The notes under the pieces are model-generated. The model was not told the origin of the DNA and did no database searches. It saw nothing but the letters and a program-made list of their open reading frames with translations. A DNA stretch of 63,016 nt, counting the filler, from Lenisia limosa (Eukaryota > Protista > Breviatea), in NCBI GenBank assembly GCA_001655205.1. It is 11 parts of 11 records of this genome, joined end to end, with 100 filler letters (N's around TTAATTAATTAA, not from the genome) between each part and the next. Parts side by side here need not be neighbours in the genome. Positions count along the whole stretch, not along the records: positions 1 to 4,771 come from LPNZ01005754.1; positions 4,872 to 8,749 come from LPNZ01003320.1; positions 8,850 to 22,164 come from LPNZ01004984.1; 8 more parts are not named here. One strand, 5' to 3'. Of this stretch, positions 1-13,030 are shown piece after piece. The position numbers and the translations under genes were made by a program. Position 1 is the stretch's first letter. Each line of letters starts with the position of its first letter.

Positions 1-3000
1 TAATACTCGAGCTCTACAGGGAGGGACGTACTCGCTATGGCCTTCATAAGCATCTGGGGGAGTAAAATATGAGAATGTATGAAACAAAAAAAAAAGCCCA
101 AATCAACTCTGTTAGCTGACAACAGGCAAGGGGACAAAAGAGTGAGCTTAATGGCAGTGTCAACAACTCCTATAAATAAGGAATAGTTAAAGACTAAACC
201 ACCCCCCCTTTGTTTTTATTTTGTACCCACATCAACATTGAGGCCGAACTCGAACACGCCGGTGCTGAGACCGCCGGAGCCGCCTGCTTCAAGTTGCCAA
301 CTGGGGNNNNNNNNNNNNNNNNNNNNNNNNNNNNNNNNNNNNNNNNNNNNNNNNNNNNNNNNNNNNNNNNNNNNNNNNNNNNNNNNNNNNNNNNNNNNNN
401 NNNNNNNNNNNNNNNNNNNNNNNNNGCCCAAAATCAACATTATTGCCAACTGGGGTGTGAAAAAGGTTTAAATAAATATGCCAGCTGGATGATGAGGGGG
501 TAAAACCGGAAAATTTATGAAAAAAAAAAAAAAGTGTTGAGTATCTTATTTCATATACAACTATTTTTGCTCGACCATTCTTTGCTTAACAGACTCAGTA
601 CCCCCCCTACTTTCCACCAAGTTGGTCTGGCTGGTAGATGCCAGGCCCAATGTAAATCTCAGCGCTGAAGTCCAACTCCAATGGGCAAATCTGGAGGGTG
701 GGGGGTGAAATTGGAACATTTAAACAAACAAAAAGAACAGAAAAAAAAAAAGCCTAATATCAACTCGCTTAGCTACAAACACACGGGTGTTGAGTAGGAC
801 TTCACTTCGGTTCGAAAAAAAGACTGAATTTCTCGATAAATCCTCGAAAACTATTCTTTTTCGAACCGAAGTGAAGCCCTAGTGGTGAGAATAACACAAC
901 AACAAGGGCAGTACCGCATCCCAGCAAAAAACAGAAAAGATGACCATAAATAACATTTTGGGAGGATACAGGTGAGCGTTGATCAAAACAAAAATCATTG
1001 ACCATATAGTCATCTTACACTAAGATTAACCCCCCCCCCCCNNNNNNNNNNNNNNNNNNNNNNNNNNNNNNNNNNNNNNNNNNNNNNNNNNNNNNNNNNN
1101 NNNNNNNNNNNNNNNNNNNNNNNNNNNNNNNNNNNNNNNGAACCCGAATTTGATCTGCGAAGTTATAATTGGAAAAATAATTCTTCCTGATAATATAAAA
1201 TTGTATCTGTTGAGTTATCGTTTTAAAATGATTCAGCTCATATACTATTAAACATGTATATCTTAGGGCTTCACTTCGGTTCAAAAACAAAAGACTGAAT
1301 TCGAAAAATCTTCGAAAACTATCAATATTTTTCCGGTCTTTTGGAACCAAAGTGAAGCCCCATATCAACTACATGAGGTTAGCCCTGCGGGAAAGTCCTC
1401 AACCCATTCCGCTCACCATGGGGTAGTTATAGTCAATTGCCGGCCACTTTTCACCAGCGGACTTCCAGGGGAGAGGGCCTCCGGCGCTGGAAAGTCAAAA
1501 TTTGACCATAGTATACTCAGAAATTGTCCAAAATGCACATGGAAAAAGTGACCATTAAATACACTTAAAATTTGACCATAAACCCTTTTACCGAACTTCA
1601 TCGCTGAAGTCAGTGGAGATTTCGAAGGTTGAGTAGTCGTTCATTGGAAGGGGCGGCATCTCGCGAAGCATCACCATGATGTTATCTTCTTCAACTGTGG
1701 AGTGAGAAATCACAAAATTTATTTGGCTCTTCAACTATAGAGTGAATATAATCATGAATAGAAGTAAACGCCATGGCTGGAGAGAGTGAGATATCAACAA
1801 TTTTGAAAATGATAAATAGACAGGAACAAAAATAAACAATTGCGCAAAAGCAAAACAATTGAATAAATGGTGACCAGCAAACTCTTTCTGAGCTGAGAGA
1901 CTCGAGATCTGAGGGTGAGCTCCTTTCCGTTCAGCATGATAATCTTCGTCTTTACTCCAGGTTCTAAAGATATATTAGCTCTCATTTTAAGTGAAATTGG
2001 TTCTAAAGATAAATTACTCATCCCACATTTTAAGTGTAATTGGATGTACAAATCGACCCATCCTCAATGAATGATACCACCACCATGCCTTCAAAATAAA
2101 GATCTCCCACTCCCCTTGTATTCAACACCACCCATCACCTGTAATATTATTGAGGAATATCTCTATTCAACGATGGTTTTATCTAGCATTGCAAAAGCAA
2201 ACACATACAGAAAACAACAGAAACAAGGAAATATATGTATTTCATATATTTCCTTGTTTCTGTTGTTTTCTGTATGTGTTTGCTTTTGCAATGCNNNNNN
2301 NNNNNNNNNNNNNNNNNNNNNNNNNNNNNNNNNNNNNNNNNNNNNNNNNNNNNNNNNNNNNNNNNNNNNNNNNNNNNNNNNNNNNNNNNNNNNNNNNNNN
2401 NNNNNNNNNNNNNNNNNNNNNNNNNNNNNNNNNNNNNNNNNNNNNNATCACAGTATCAACATATGAAAAGCCTGAAACTATAGATAAACAGCCTTAAAAC
2501 CAGCATAACAACAAAAGCCTGAAACCATTGTTTACAGAGCTATGATTAAACCCTCACACCCGCCCACTTTAAACGGATCATTGGGGTCAACGAGCTCCTC
2601 ACAGAGCACGTGGTCGGGGTCGTGGACCGGGACAAATTGGATACCCTGGGGAGATAAGGGAGCGGTATCAATATATTGATTGTTTACTGGGAGTTAACTC
2701 CCGTGAAGGTTGGGCTTCATTTATCAATATTTAAAGAGCGTTCAAAGAAGGTTATCGCTGAGACATCGAGGGAATGACGATATTATTACCTTACCTTGAC
2801 AAAGGCAGTAGAAGTCAGAGATGCGTAGTACTTCATCTCAAATTCCGCTCCATCAATGAAGGAGAAGTAGTCTAAAAGAATGACAAAAACACACACTAAG
2901 AAAGAGAAAACAATGCAGGCAAAGGGGATTGGTGAAATTATACAATGGAAGGGAAAGCTTTAGAAATAACACGATCAATGATAATTCCAAAATTAAGAAA

Positions 3001-4725
3001 AAAATTTGGCCAGACAGCCCCTCCCCCCTCCCACTTGGCCAGACAGAGCCCCATTCTTTGATGAACACGTGACCAACAGACGTTGAAAGCACATTATCCA
3101 CGCTCAAAACCTGGGGGAGGGGTAAGAAGTGTATCACTAGTGTATCTTTGCATTGAAATTGTTGGTATACATAATAATAAAATATACTATGTATTGCAAG
3201 AGTGTATGTTCATGCTCTGAAAAACATAACAACAACCTACTTCCTCCACTCTGCGGAACTGATTGATGACAATTCGATGCGACATTTGCTCACGGCCTGG
3301 GAGGGAGGGGGGTATAACTTTAATATATCTGAAATAACAAAAAATGAACCATATCTGAACCACCCCTAAGTGTTCCTCTCTCTCTTTATCAATTAACAAG
3401 AGGGCTTCACTTTGGTTCAAAAAAAAAGTAAAATTTCGAGAATTTTTCGAGAATTTCAGTCTTTTTCCGAACCGGAGTATAACGTATATATAATTTATCT
3501 ATTTTTTAAAAAAATACAGTGCCCCCTTCCCCCATACCATTAAGGTCGTACTGGAACTTGACTTCGTATTCCTGACCATTAGACAGTACATTACTGAGAT
3601 AGTACTCGCCTGAGAACGCCCCAGTCCTGGAGAGTTAACAGTTAATTTTTTAAATAAACAATAATATGCATAGTAATATACTATATTAAACAAAACAATA
3701 CAATAAACAAATAAAAAGATGTGGGGTAGAGTGGGCTGATTTAGATAAGTTAAAACATGACTTTTAACAGTATTTTTTAACAAACGTAACACTGTACATA
3801 AAAAATCTAGCTAAACCCAAATACATTTCTCATTTTCAAATCGTCCAACAAAAACAATAGGAAACCATCAGATCTTCCCATTCTCCCCCACCCACTGTAA
3901 ACTTCCAAGAGCGTTAGTGGGGTAAAGCGGCTGCTGGGTCACATCATCCCACTGTATGAGGTTAGTTAAGTCAAAAGTTCAAAATAACAAGTCTACCGTT
4001 AGTATATCGGAATTTTTCGAACCGAAGTGAAGCCCTAAGTACACTTCATAAACTATGCATTTGGTATTCGGATCATATATGGATACATATCATGTCTAAA
4101 TATAGTATGTATGGTAAATCGTAACTGTAAAACAAGATTTCCCAGCACATACTTAGCATAGTCAGCTATCATATCTAAACTGCTGTATAAAAAAAAACCA
4201 ACATCAGAATATTAGACAATCATCCCAACTTACAAAGTAGGCAATCATGTCCATTCGCGGGATTATGGAACCGTCACCATTTTCCACCTTGAATCTAGAG
4301 AGTTAACAATGAAGACGTCCTGCATATTTGTTGAATAGTTACCTGACAATCGCAATATATAGCAATGAGAAAAAACAATAAAAAAAAAATAAGGTTACTC
4401 TGGCCGAAGTCGTCCACATCATCACGTTTATAAGAGATATTGAATAGTCTAATATAAATTCACCCAATCATTGGACCTAATCCCCCAAACTTCACTTTCC
4501 AAAAAAAAAAGAATAGTGTTAAACAGTTTGAGAAAAAACCTAATCAACAAATAAGGGAAAGTCATCTACCCCCCCCCCCTACTTGGCCGAAACGTACATG
4601 ACGGTGTCCGTTACAGGGTCCGACATTTTTGTAGGCATAGTCCTGGGGAATGTCAAGGAAAATTGAGGCATCGTTGGTGTACGGAGAGGGGGGTGGGGTA
4701 GAGGAACTCCGTGCTAAGGACGATT
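1..4725 (-). CDS. Multi-exon hypothetical protein (about 15 short exons, truncated at both ends)
   Basis: GC-richer islands bounded by AG/GT on the minus strand with open frames, e.g. STEFLYPTPSPYTNDASIFLDIPQDYAYKNVGPCNGHRHVRFGQ (~4582-4725), TGAFSGEYYLSNVLSNGQEYEVKFQYDLN (~3537-3626), GIQFVPVHDPDHVLCEELVDPNDPFKVGG (~2560-2645), EEDNIMVMLREMPPLPMNDYSTFEISTDFSDEVR (~1600-1693). No family recognised. Confidence 0.75.
54..135 (-). repeat. Family C repeat flush with a 3' splice site
   Basis: Minus strand: GTCAGCTAACAGAGTTGATTTGGGCTTTTTTTTTTGTTTCATACATTCTCATATTTTACTCCCCCAG|exon. Confidence 0.8.
691..930 (-). repeat. Family C repeat flush with a 3' splice site, interrupted by a family A MITE
   Basis: GGGATGCGG..CCCTTGTTGTTGTG..[MITE]..CAACACCCGTGTGTTTGTAGCTAAGCGAGTTGATATTAGGCTTTTT..TTCCAATTTCACCCCCACCCTCCAG|exon. 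Confidence 0.8.
797..879. mobile_element. Family A MITE, full copy nested inside a family C repeat
   Basis: TA|GGACTTCACTTCGGTTCGAAAAAA...TTTTTCGAACCGAAGTGAAGCCC|TA: ~22-bp TIR, TA on both sides. Confidence 0.9.
1266..1360. mobile_element. Family A MITE
   Basis: GGGCTTCACTTCGGTTC...GAACCAAAGTGAAGCCC; core GACTGAATTCGAAAAATCTTCGAAAACTATC. Confidence 0.88.
3402..3478. mobile_element. Family A MITE, right TIR degenerate
   Basis: GGGCTTCACTTTGGTTC...CAGTCTTTTTCCGAACCGGAGT. Confidence 0.75.
4358..4473 (-). repeat. Family B dispersed repeat (UUCG-hairpin element)
   Basis: Minus strand reads AATGATTGGGTGAATTTATA..CAATATCTCTTATAAACGTGATGATGTGGACGACTTCGGCCAGA..TTTCTCATTGCTATA. Confidence 0.85.
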
Positions 4726-4771
4726 GGGTGTAGGTTTTATATCATTTATCTAGCAATGAGAAATAAAGATA

Positions 4772-4871
4772 NNNNNNNNNNNNNNNNNNNNNNNNNNNNN
4801 NNNNNNNNNNNNNNNTTAATTAATTAANNNNNNNNNNNNNNNNNNNNNNNNNNNNNNNNNNNNNNNNNNNN
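4772..4871. other. Artificial contig-joining spacer
   Basis: 44 N + TTAATTAATTAA (stop codons in all six frames) + 44 N = 100 bp; the same structure recurs 10 times. Confidence 0.97.
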
Positions 4872-4995
4872 GGATCATTTATGAAACAAAAAAAAAGCTC
4901 AAAATCAACTCTGTTGGCTGACACACGAGTGTTGATAACAACAAAACAAAGCCCTGTCCAGTCGCCTCTGCAGCCGCGCATCCCATCCGGGGGAG
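4872..4995 (-). repeat. Family C repeat
   Basis: GATGGGATGCGCGGCTGCAGAGGCGACTGGACAGGGCTTTGTTTTGTTGTTATCAACACTCGTGTGTCAGCCAACAGAGTTGATTTTGAGCTTTTTTTTTGTTTCATAAAT. Confidence 0.85.
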
Positions 4996-5029
4996 GGGGG
5001 TAAATAGTTGGACATTAGAATGAAGAATA

Positions 5030-6160
5030 ATTACTTATCAGACGGGAGGGGACCCTCCAAATCACTCAGACCCCCCTCCCCCTCACCAACAACTCCCGAA
5101 ATCAAGCTCTGAGCAATGCAGGAATCCGTCTTCTGATGGCCTGCAAGCTGAGAGTACTGGAGAGCAATGGGAGGGATTTTCAGGGCCTTTTTGTACATTG
5201 CAGGGTCCATAGGTTTCACGCCGAGGTCCAGCGCCTTCCCAGGTTGTTCCGTGAAAACATTTTCCGATCTAAAAGATCAAACATGTAACGAATCTGGATC
5301 ATCTGGCATGAATAATGTGCTCAACTACGACAAAGTAGCTGAAGTATGTCATGAGCTATAAGTTTGGGCTTCACTTCGGTCCGAAAAAAACCGGTTCGAT
5401 AGTTTTCGAGGATTTATCGAGAAATGCAGCCTTTTTTCGAACCGAAGTAACGCCGCAGTTGCAATAAGTCTCTATTGAAACTAAGATCATAAATATCCGA
5501 TGGTTGTGTGATAAGGGGTATATGGCACAAAATAAGAATATTTGAACACCATTTACATTATAGTACAAACTTATTTACATCATAGAAAGAGTATTTCAGG
5601 ACTTTGTGTAAATACCAAATTTTGAAGTGAGACATACTGTAACCAGAACGCTACCAGAACACCGTTTCAGACTTTTTTCCATACTGTGTTTGCACAAAAG
5701 ACTATTTCATTTCCATATAGCGCAAGAGAAAACTCCATCCTCAATTAAGATAAGTATTACATTTCTATAGAACATAATTTACTTCATCTCTATGTTGTAA
5801 GGCAAATGATTGGGTAAATTAATATTATACTATCATTAAATATCGTGAGGTCATTATATATTTCTCAAAAGGCACAGAAACAACTTTTAATTATTGCAAA
5901 CTTGTTTTAAATAATGAACTAGTATTACCTATTATAGCATAATACACGCAATTAACTTCATCTCCATCATGGAGTTAAACGATTGTCAAATTCTGAATAA
6001 CTCTTAGCCCCCCCCAATCCTCCTTTTTCGCAGCGTTATGCTGTTAAGGAAAGAGGGTACTGACTCCATTTTATAATCCTTAGGCTTACACAAACATAAG
6101 ATAGTTCTTCCCATTGGTTAATACTGATCCAACTTACTCCGAGGGGGTTGGGATGTTCAT
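5030..6160 (-). CDS. Hypothetical protein, 5' part (truncated by contig start)
   Basis: Open AG/GT-bounded exon ~5034-5270 SENVFTEQPGKALDLGVKPMDPAMYKKALKIPPIALQYSQLAGHQKTDSCIAQSLISGVVGEGEGG; candidate first exon MNIPNPLG|gtaagt near 6160-6137. Confidence 0.55.
5366..5454. mobile_element. Family A MITE
   Basis: GGGCTTCACTTCGGTCCGAAAA...CGAACCGAAGTAACGCC. Confidence 0.85.
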
Positions 6161-6502
6161 CTTTCCTAAACCCGTCTTCCTTCCTCTTCTTGCTGCTGCT
6201 CACTATAGACAGAGCTATTTCGCCAATATTTCGCTATTTCAACTGGAAAACAACCTTTGCTTTTGACTGGAATTGAGTTTGTTTCTTGGAATGTTTACAC
6301 CCCCAGATATTAGATGCGGTGAAGAACAGGGAAAATTTTAGGTTTTTGTTAAGATCTCTGCAATATCACAATATCAACTCGTTAATACGCAAATCAAGTC
6401 GTTTATTGCGAAGAAGCCATTCAAAGACGAATATTTGATTCATCTTAATTCGTCACCCTTCTCTACCGTAATTACACGGTAATTAATGATAATAATAGTC
6501 AA

Positions 6503-8401
6503 ATGAAACGCCTAATGTCTCTATTACTTACTGCAATCGTTGCGCTGCAACTCTTTTGTGAAGGTAACCCATTTTTCTCGCCATCTAACCCTCAAATTTA
6601 GTTGCTGCCACTGATTGCTCCGTTATTTTATCATGCGAAACCTGTTCTCAAGCGCGAATCTCGACTTCTCCTGAAGACGGGGCGGTAGGCGGCTCTCAGT
6701 GGCCTAAACTGGAGCACTAGCCTCCGCGTTTAACTTATTAATTATAACTGTTGCATATTAAAGGAATTTGCTATTGTGTCGTCTTACCAATCGCCCCATC
6801 CGCTCCCCCGATTGTTTAAGGAGGCTCCGTCCCCTTGATCATTGGATTTATTCTTGTTCACAACACTTTTTTTGACCTTTCCGAACATACACAAGCCACC
6901 TTGGTGAGATAGATCGGCAGTTGGGGTATTATTNNNNNNNNNNNNNNNNNNNNNNNNNNNNNNNNNNNNNNNNNNNNNNNNNNNNNNNNNNNNNNNNNNN
7001 NNNNNNNNNNNNNNNGTGACAGCGTCAGTGGAGTACTGTATCAGGTCAACCCTGTCACTCATGCTCGCTACGCCCATGAGTGCTCGCTTCGGACCGAGGT
7101 GGGCCGCGTTAACGCTAGTTTATATTCCGTTCTCACAGTACAGGTTGCAACTTGTGACGAGTTCACTTCCGCCATTGCCGGCGGCGGAGCCGTCATCCTA
7201 ACCAATGACATCAACTGCGACTATCCCAATGCCCCTTCCGCTGTGATGGTAGGATCGGCTGTCGCTTAAGCGTTTCATAATTTGACACCGTGGGTAAAAG
7301 ACGTGAGATAGGATTTATCGACATTTTTCGAGAGTTTAACATGTTTAATGAAATGAAAAAGAAGTAAAGTCAACAGATAGCACTTACATAAAGTGACCAT
7401 CTTGTATTTAACTGTTGTATTTTGTTATCTTATTTCTGTTATCATGAAGGACACGGATTCCTATTATATTTGAATCTTCAAATTGATCTGATACTACCCC
7501 AGCATTTCATCAAGCCGCCAGTCTTATGCATGTAGGCTCAATCTCTCACCATTGCCGGCAACGGACACGAATTCGAAGTATTCAACGTATGTAGAAACAT
7601 ATAGAATCCACAGAGTTGCAGTGCAAATGATTGGGTGGAATTTACTATCATTCAATATGTATCTCTGATGGTTTGGGTGGTTTGGGGGATAGAACTTGGG
7701 CTTCACTTCGGTTCCAAAAAAACAGGGAAAATCTCGATAGTTTTCGAGGATTTATCGAGAAATTCAGTCTTTTTTAGAACCGAAATGAAGTCTTAGGTAG
7801 AACCTTGTTATGTTTCTCATTTCACTGTATTCAAAGTAGTAGTTTCGGTTGTGATGTTCAACATATGATTACCACTTTAGGTTTATTTCATCTTTGTCAG
7901 TGACCGTATTGAATACTGACACGATTGATTAAAGATAAAGCTTAATATCCGTGTCAGGGCCTATCGCGATCAGGGCATATATGAAGAAGAATGAGTTACT
8001 TTTTCAGAATCCGCCATTTTCCTCCGCTGCTGCTGATACCGATATTATCCTTCAAGATTTCACCACTTATGAAGGTATGGTATTCAATAGTAAACAATCC
8101 CAACCTATCACTTCTTGGAGGAGATTTTTTGAGCTTCCATTTTGTTCAAAAAACCTCAATTCCCGATTTTTTCTCAAGGAACCAATTGGAATCCTACTTT
8201 ATGGCTTTCTTCCTTAAGGGTTGTATAGTGTATCGATATAAATGTTTTTGGCCTGACCTCAAACCCAAAAGATATGAATTATATAGCTATGATACTATAT
8301 TTATTTTCAAAATTTGGTCCCAACAATGAACACTAACTTGTTAACACCCTCCAGCTGTGTACTACTCCACGAAGCTGTTTACGGATTCTGCCAACATTGA
8401 G
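6503..8401 (+). CDS. Secreted protein with Cys-rich (PSI-like) N-terminus followed by beta-helix-like segments, truncated
   Basis: Signal peptide MKRLMSLLLTAIVALQLFCE|; exons VAATDCSVILSCETCSQARIS, VATCDEFTSAIAGGGAVILTNDINCDYP, QSLTIAGNGHEFEVFN, NPPFSSAAADTDIILQDFTTYE, AVYYSTKLFTDSANIE. The V-T..E...AI..GG...LT.DI and LTI.GNG patterns resemble the start of right-handed beta-helix proteins (inference). Confidence 0.7.
7698..7793. mobile_element. Family A MITE
   Basis: GGGCTTCACTTCGGTTCC...GAACCGAAATGAAGTCT|TA. Confidence 0.85.
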
Positions 8402-8749
8402 GTAAGCTGACAGTGGTAGAGATTATTATCCCAGATTTTGGGCAAAACAATTGGATTTAGGTTTCTTAAACTTTGAAAATTGTCAAATATCGAAAGGACC
8501 AAATTTCTATTGTTAATTTGGACACTTGGACAAATGAAATCTATGAAGATATACTCCTCGACGTATTCATGGCTTTAACTAGTTGTTATGAAAGTTAACT
8601 GCGAAATATCGATATTATTTGTATAATGTTACTTGTTAAGCTTCACTTTCGGTTCCAAAATGGTAAAATCCTCGTTTTTTTGTTTTATGGAACTGAAAGA
8701 CCATATTTTCTCTTCAAATTCAGAACCAATCAACCCTTAATAGAACCGG

Positions 8750-8849
8750 NNNNNNNNNNNNNNNNNNNNNNNNNNNNNNNNNNNNNNNNNNNNTTAATTA
8801 ATTAANNNNNNNNNNNNNNNNNNNNNNNNNNNNNNNNNNNNNNNNNNNN
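8750..8849. other. Artificial contig-joining spacer
   Basis: Same 100-bp N/TTAATTAATTAA/N structure. Confidence 0.97.
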
Positions 8850-9278
8850 GGTTTTTAAGTCGTCAACCTAAAACATGAGAATAGGAAGAAAATAAATTGA
8901 TGTCGTGAGTATTTATTACAAAGCTTCCCTTTTCGTTCTATAAAGGCGGAAAATCGATGTTTATAATATAATATTTTTCAATAATTTAGTCTTTATTTAG
9001 AAGAGAAAGTGAAGCTCTGATTTAGATAACATACCATCAAGAACAATTGGGAAAACAGAGGGAACCCCCCCCCCNNNNNNNNNNNNNNNNNNNNNNNNNN
9101 NNNNNNNNNNNNNNNNNNNNNNNNNNNNNNNNNNNNNNNNNNNNNNNNNNNNNNNNNNNNNNNNNNNCTACCCTCAAATAATAAAAAAGAAATATGAAAA
9201 CAAACAGGGAAACAATCCACTCTAACAATATACTATTCAAAAACAATTGCGAAAGCAGAAGGACCCCCCCCCTCCCAC

Positions 9279-9996
9279 GGTAGAGAAGAGGTTGTTGATA
9301 ATATCGATCAACGACGCTGCTGAAAGACCGTCAAGACCCTTCGAGAGAACAAGATCGCTGACTTCGGGGTTGCCTTCGGGCCCTCTGTGGCATTATGGAA
9401 TTGTGTGGAAATAAAAATTGGTGTCTTACCAAAGCAGTCCCCACCATACTGATAAGTGATATTGGATTATATTAGAATAATTCATTTGCTAACACTATAT
9501 ATATAGCAATGAGAAATAAAAATAAATGTATCTGGCCGAAGACGTCCACACCATAACGCTTATAAGAGATATTGGATTATAGTATAACATTAATTCACCC
9601 AATAACGAAATATCAGCAATTATTACCACTATGCACAAAGCTCATTTTTGAAGAACAAAAAATGTTGTGTGTCACATGTAAGCGAGTCAAAGAAGACTTT
9701 TAACTTATCAATACCAACTTTCATAACCAGATCAAGTGGAATAGTGGAATATTAGTGTCAAATGTGATATAGCCCTGAGCCATTTCACGCTAAACTTAAA
9801 CACAATTGGAAGGGCAGAGTTTCATTGTTTCACACCCAAGAGATCGGGAGGAGTTCGGATGTGACATGACGAGATAGAAGATGGGAATGAAGATTTCAAA
9901 CCGTAAATGCCCGGCTTCTTACATGATGATTCCAAATGTGGAGCAGATGGCAACAATAAGGATGTAACTGAAGAGATAGAGCGGAAATCTTGTCAT
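9279..9996 (-). CDS. Hypothetical protein with hydrophobic N-terminus, 5' part
   Basis: MTRFPLYLFSYILIVAICSTFGII|gtaaga at 9996; exon GPEGNPEVSDLVLSKGLDGLSAASLIDIINNLFST at ~9279-9385. Confidence 0.55.
9502..9604 (-). repeat. Family B dispersed repeat
   Basis: ATTGGGTGAATT..TCCAATATCTCTTATAAGCGTTATGGTGTGGACGTCTTCGGCCAGATAC..TTTATTTCTCATTGCTATA. Confidence 0.85.
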
Positions 9997-10552
9997 CTCC
10001 AGTAAAAAGCAACGGCAATAAAACTGTAATCACAACTACCACAAAAACACGGTCCACAAATGTATAAGCGGTTCAAATAACCATTAAGGTTTCAATTAAA
10101 ATTTGAGAATTACAAGTGAAGAATGTCTACCAGGAGTTGCAGTATAATTATACCCAACTTGCCTATTGGGGTAACTCATTTTGCCAATCCTGTAAGTATT
10201 GGGATTTCTTTCAGAAAAGTTGAAATAAGAGAAATTAGTCATTTTTCTAATAACAAAAAGTCAAAAAGTTGTCAAAGAGACGAGAAATCACGAGGTAGCA
10301 CTCCAGAAACCCCTACACATTTGGACAACGTGGCAGGGGCAGAGGCTGCAAGGACCTCAGAATGTCTGAAGAATATGGGTGAGGGGTAAGGATGCGGTAA
10401 TACTCTTTTTTGAGAGCTATATTTGTGGAATATGGATATTGCTTCTTTTGTAGGGAGATGAATGCGGAACCCTCAATCTGCCCTTGCAGTTTCGATATTC
10501 AAATTGACTTTCATTTATACCCTATCTAATATCATATTGTCTTTGCAAAATC

Positions 10553-13030
10553 ATGTCTCAAGGAAGATGCAGGTGTTGAATGTTGGATTTAATGTCTTTA
10601 GGCAACTATTCAAGATTGTTGTTGTGGGCGATTCAGGGGTCGGGAAATCATCTCTTCTCTTGAGGTGAGAATGCTCTCAATTTCGTTCAGTGATACGAGT
10701 GATAGTGATAGGAGTGACAGGAGTGATATGAGTGATATGAGTGAGAGGAGTAATATGAGTGAGAGGAGTAATATAAGTGAGAGGAGTATGGAAGTGATAG
10801 GTGCGATTGTGTGGATCATTTGACTTGATTAATGCGTATTTAGATTTGCGGATAACATCTTCCGACCTACACATGTTACCACGATTGGATGCGACTTTGT
10901 GAGGGATTTTTTCGTTACCTGTATTTTTATACTTGTCACAGTTGGTTTTTGAAATCTTTGAACAACCTTCAATAACACTCAAATCCAATATTTGGTTCCT
11001 ATTTTGTGAGGTACACTATCTAATTTTTCTCCACTTTACCGTTATTTAGTTTGAAATTAATTATTACTTTGTACAGTCTGTTGTAGTGTGTCTCCTTCTA
11101 CCAGTAACCATTTAGAGAATTGAAACGATCATGATAGATAACACAAGGGTGAAACTGCAAATTTGGGACACAGCTGGACAGGTAGGGCACGTTATTGGGG
11201 ATTTTCACTTTGATCAGAAATATTTGCAATGTTTATTTTTGATGTATTTATAAGGAATATGTACCTGTGAAAGAATGGGGTTGTAATTTATACTAAAATC
11301 AAGAATTATTCTCATGTTATAGGAACGATTCCGTGCTATTATACCGTAAGTGTGGATAATAAAGATGGTTAATCAATCTGAACGAGATATGAGCCCAATA
11401 ATGCGGGCCGTATTAACAGAGTGTTCAGCTGTATGTACTTGCTATTACCATTATTTGCAAGGGAATAACATGTATTTAAATGGGAGGAAATTTAAGGAAT
11501 TTCAAAATTTGGAAATCTCTAGATGAGCCGTAGTGCACTCACCATTCACCCCGCCCTCAGCATTTCGGACCAATTAGACTATTCCCCCTTACAGTTTTCT
11601 TATTAGCGTAATGGTGTGTCATCTCAATATATATATTTTTATGTTATAGAAAGTTCTTCAAGGGTTCTCACGCGGCTGCAATTGTGTATGACGTTTCTGA
11701 TATGTCTTCGGTTAGTGGTGTGAACACTGAACAACAGAGTTGATTTTATTTTTTGTTTGTTTCATAATATCCCCCCCAGTTCAACCGGGTGCGAGAGTGG
11801 TTTGGCGAAGTCCGCGCTTATGGTGACGATATTCAACTCTTGCTTATTGCCAATAAGGTCTGGGAAAGGCAGAGAAAAAAATATAATATATTTTAAGTGT
11901 TTTTTGTGAAGTTTTTGATTGTAAAGGGGTATACTACCCTTTATCCTCATAAGTAATTGCGTGAATAATGTCTTATTTAAAAACTGATAGTTTTCGCCTA
12001 ATTCTGCGTGACTCCCAAAATACCATATCCCCCGATAATCCTATCTCAATTCAATACAATCTCCCCAACACTCCCTCAATTATATACGGATCTTATTTTC
12101 TCCCCATTTACTCCTCAATTCAATGAATTGATTTTAAGGAACCAGAATTAAATGTATCTATTTACACATATAAGACAACTACAAATAATTATCATTCAAT
12201 TCAGACTGTCTCTCTACAAGCCCCTTCAAATTCTTTCTCTTTTTGCCTCCCCCCATTACCACTCAATTCAATCTGACTTGAGTAGTCCGACATTGAAGAT
12301 CGCGCTGTGACAACAAAAGAAGGAAAAGTGCGCGAAATTTTAATGGGTATAAATTATGTTGGTATTAGTACCACCAGCAACAATCTCTCCCCACTCCTGA
12401 CCCTTTCTGTTACAATGTTATCTTTCTACTATTATTTAGGAAAAAGTGTTTATGTACGCTAATATCTGTAGCAACTTGCAGAAGAGCTCAGGGTACCGTA
12501 TTTAGAAACTTCCGCCAAAACAGGACACCAGGTGGAGTGGGCACTGTTTTTTTTAATCGAACATTATTTGGCAGTTTTTAGTCATTTTCTCATCTTTTTC
12601 CTTGATCTGTTTTGAAAAAAACAATAGAAGAAAAAGCAGATTCACAAAAAATCATTCAACGATTCACCGTTCGACTAATTAGAATATAGGCCAAAGCTAA
12701 AGTGTGACTTTGCAAAAATAATATACAAGAAAAGCGCTGAGAGTCATCATATTGAAATGGTTTTTTATTGGAGATTCCATTTGAAAAGTCAAACAATATC
12801 ATTTGGTTATATCCCCAAAAAATGTCGTGTATACTGGGGTCTGAAGAGTGTGCAAAGGTAACTACTATAATTATTATACGTATCATCTGATATTTAATAG
12901 CTAAGTTGCTGGGAATTATAAAAAATTGGTTTTCACATTTGTCCTTACCAAATAGGTAGCAAAGGCTTTTGAAACGCTGGCTAGAATTATACTGGCTGAA
13001 AACCTGTCAAAAAAGAGACAAGATGGAAAG
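10553..13030 (+). CDS. Rab-family small GTPase (divergent, Rab1/Rab8-like)
   Basis: Spliced exons give QLFKIVVVGDSGVGKSSLLLR / FADNIFRPTHVTTIGCDF / RIETIMIDNTRVKLQIWDTAGQ / ERFRAIIP / KFFKGSHAAAIVYDVSDMSS / FNRVREWFGEVRAYGDDIQLLLIANK / SDIEDRAVTTKEGK / QLAEELRVPYLETSAKTGHQ / VAKAFETLARIILAENLSKKRQDGK. G1-G5 boxes all present. Start (10553 or 10567) and last exon uncertain. Confidence 0.95.
11729..11779 (+). repeat. Family C remnant forming most of a short Rab intron
   Basis: AACAACAGAGTTGATTTTATTTTTTGTTTGTTTCATAATATCCCCCCCAG|exon. Confidence 0.7.

Noticed and set aside
797-879. Family A MITEs as introners
   Set aside because: They lie inside introns with no GT/AG at their ends and occur in both orientations.
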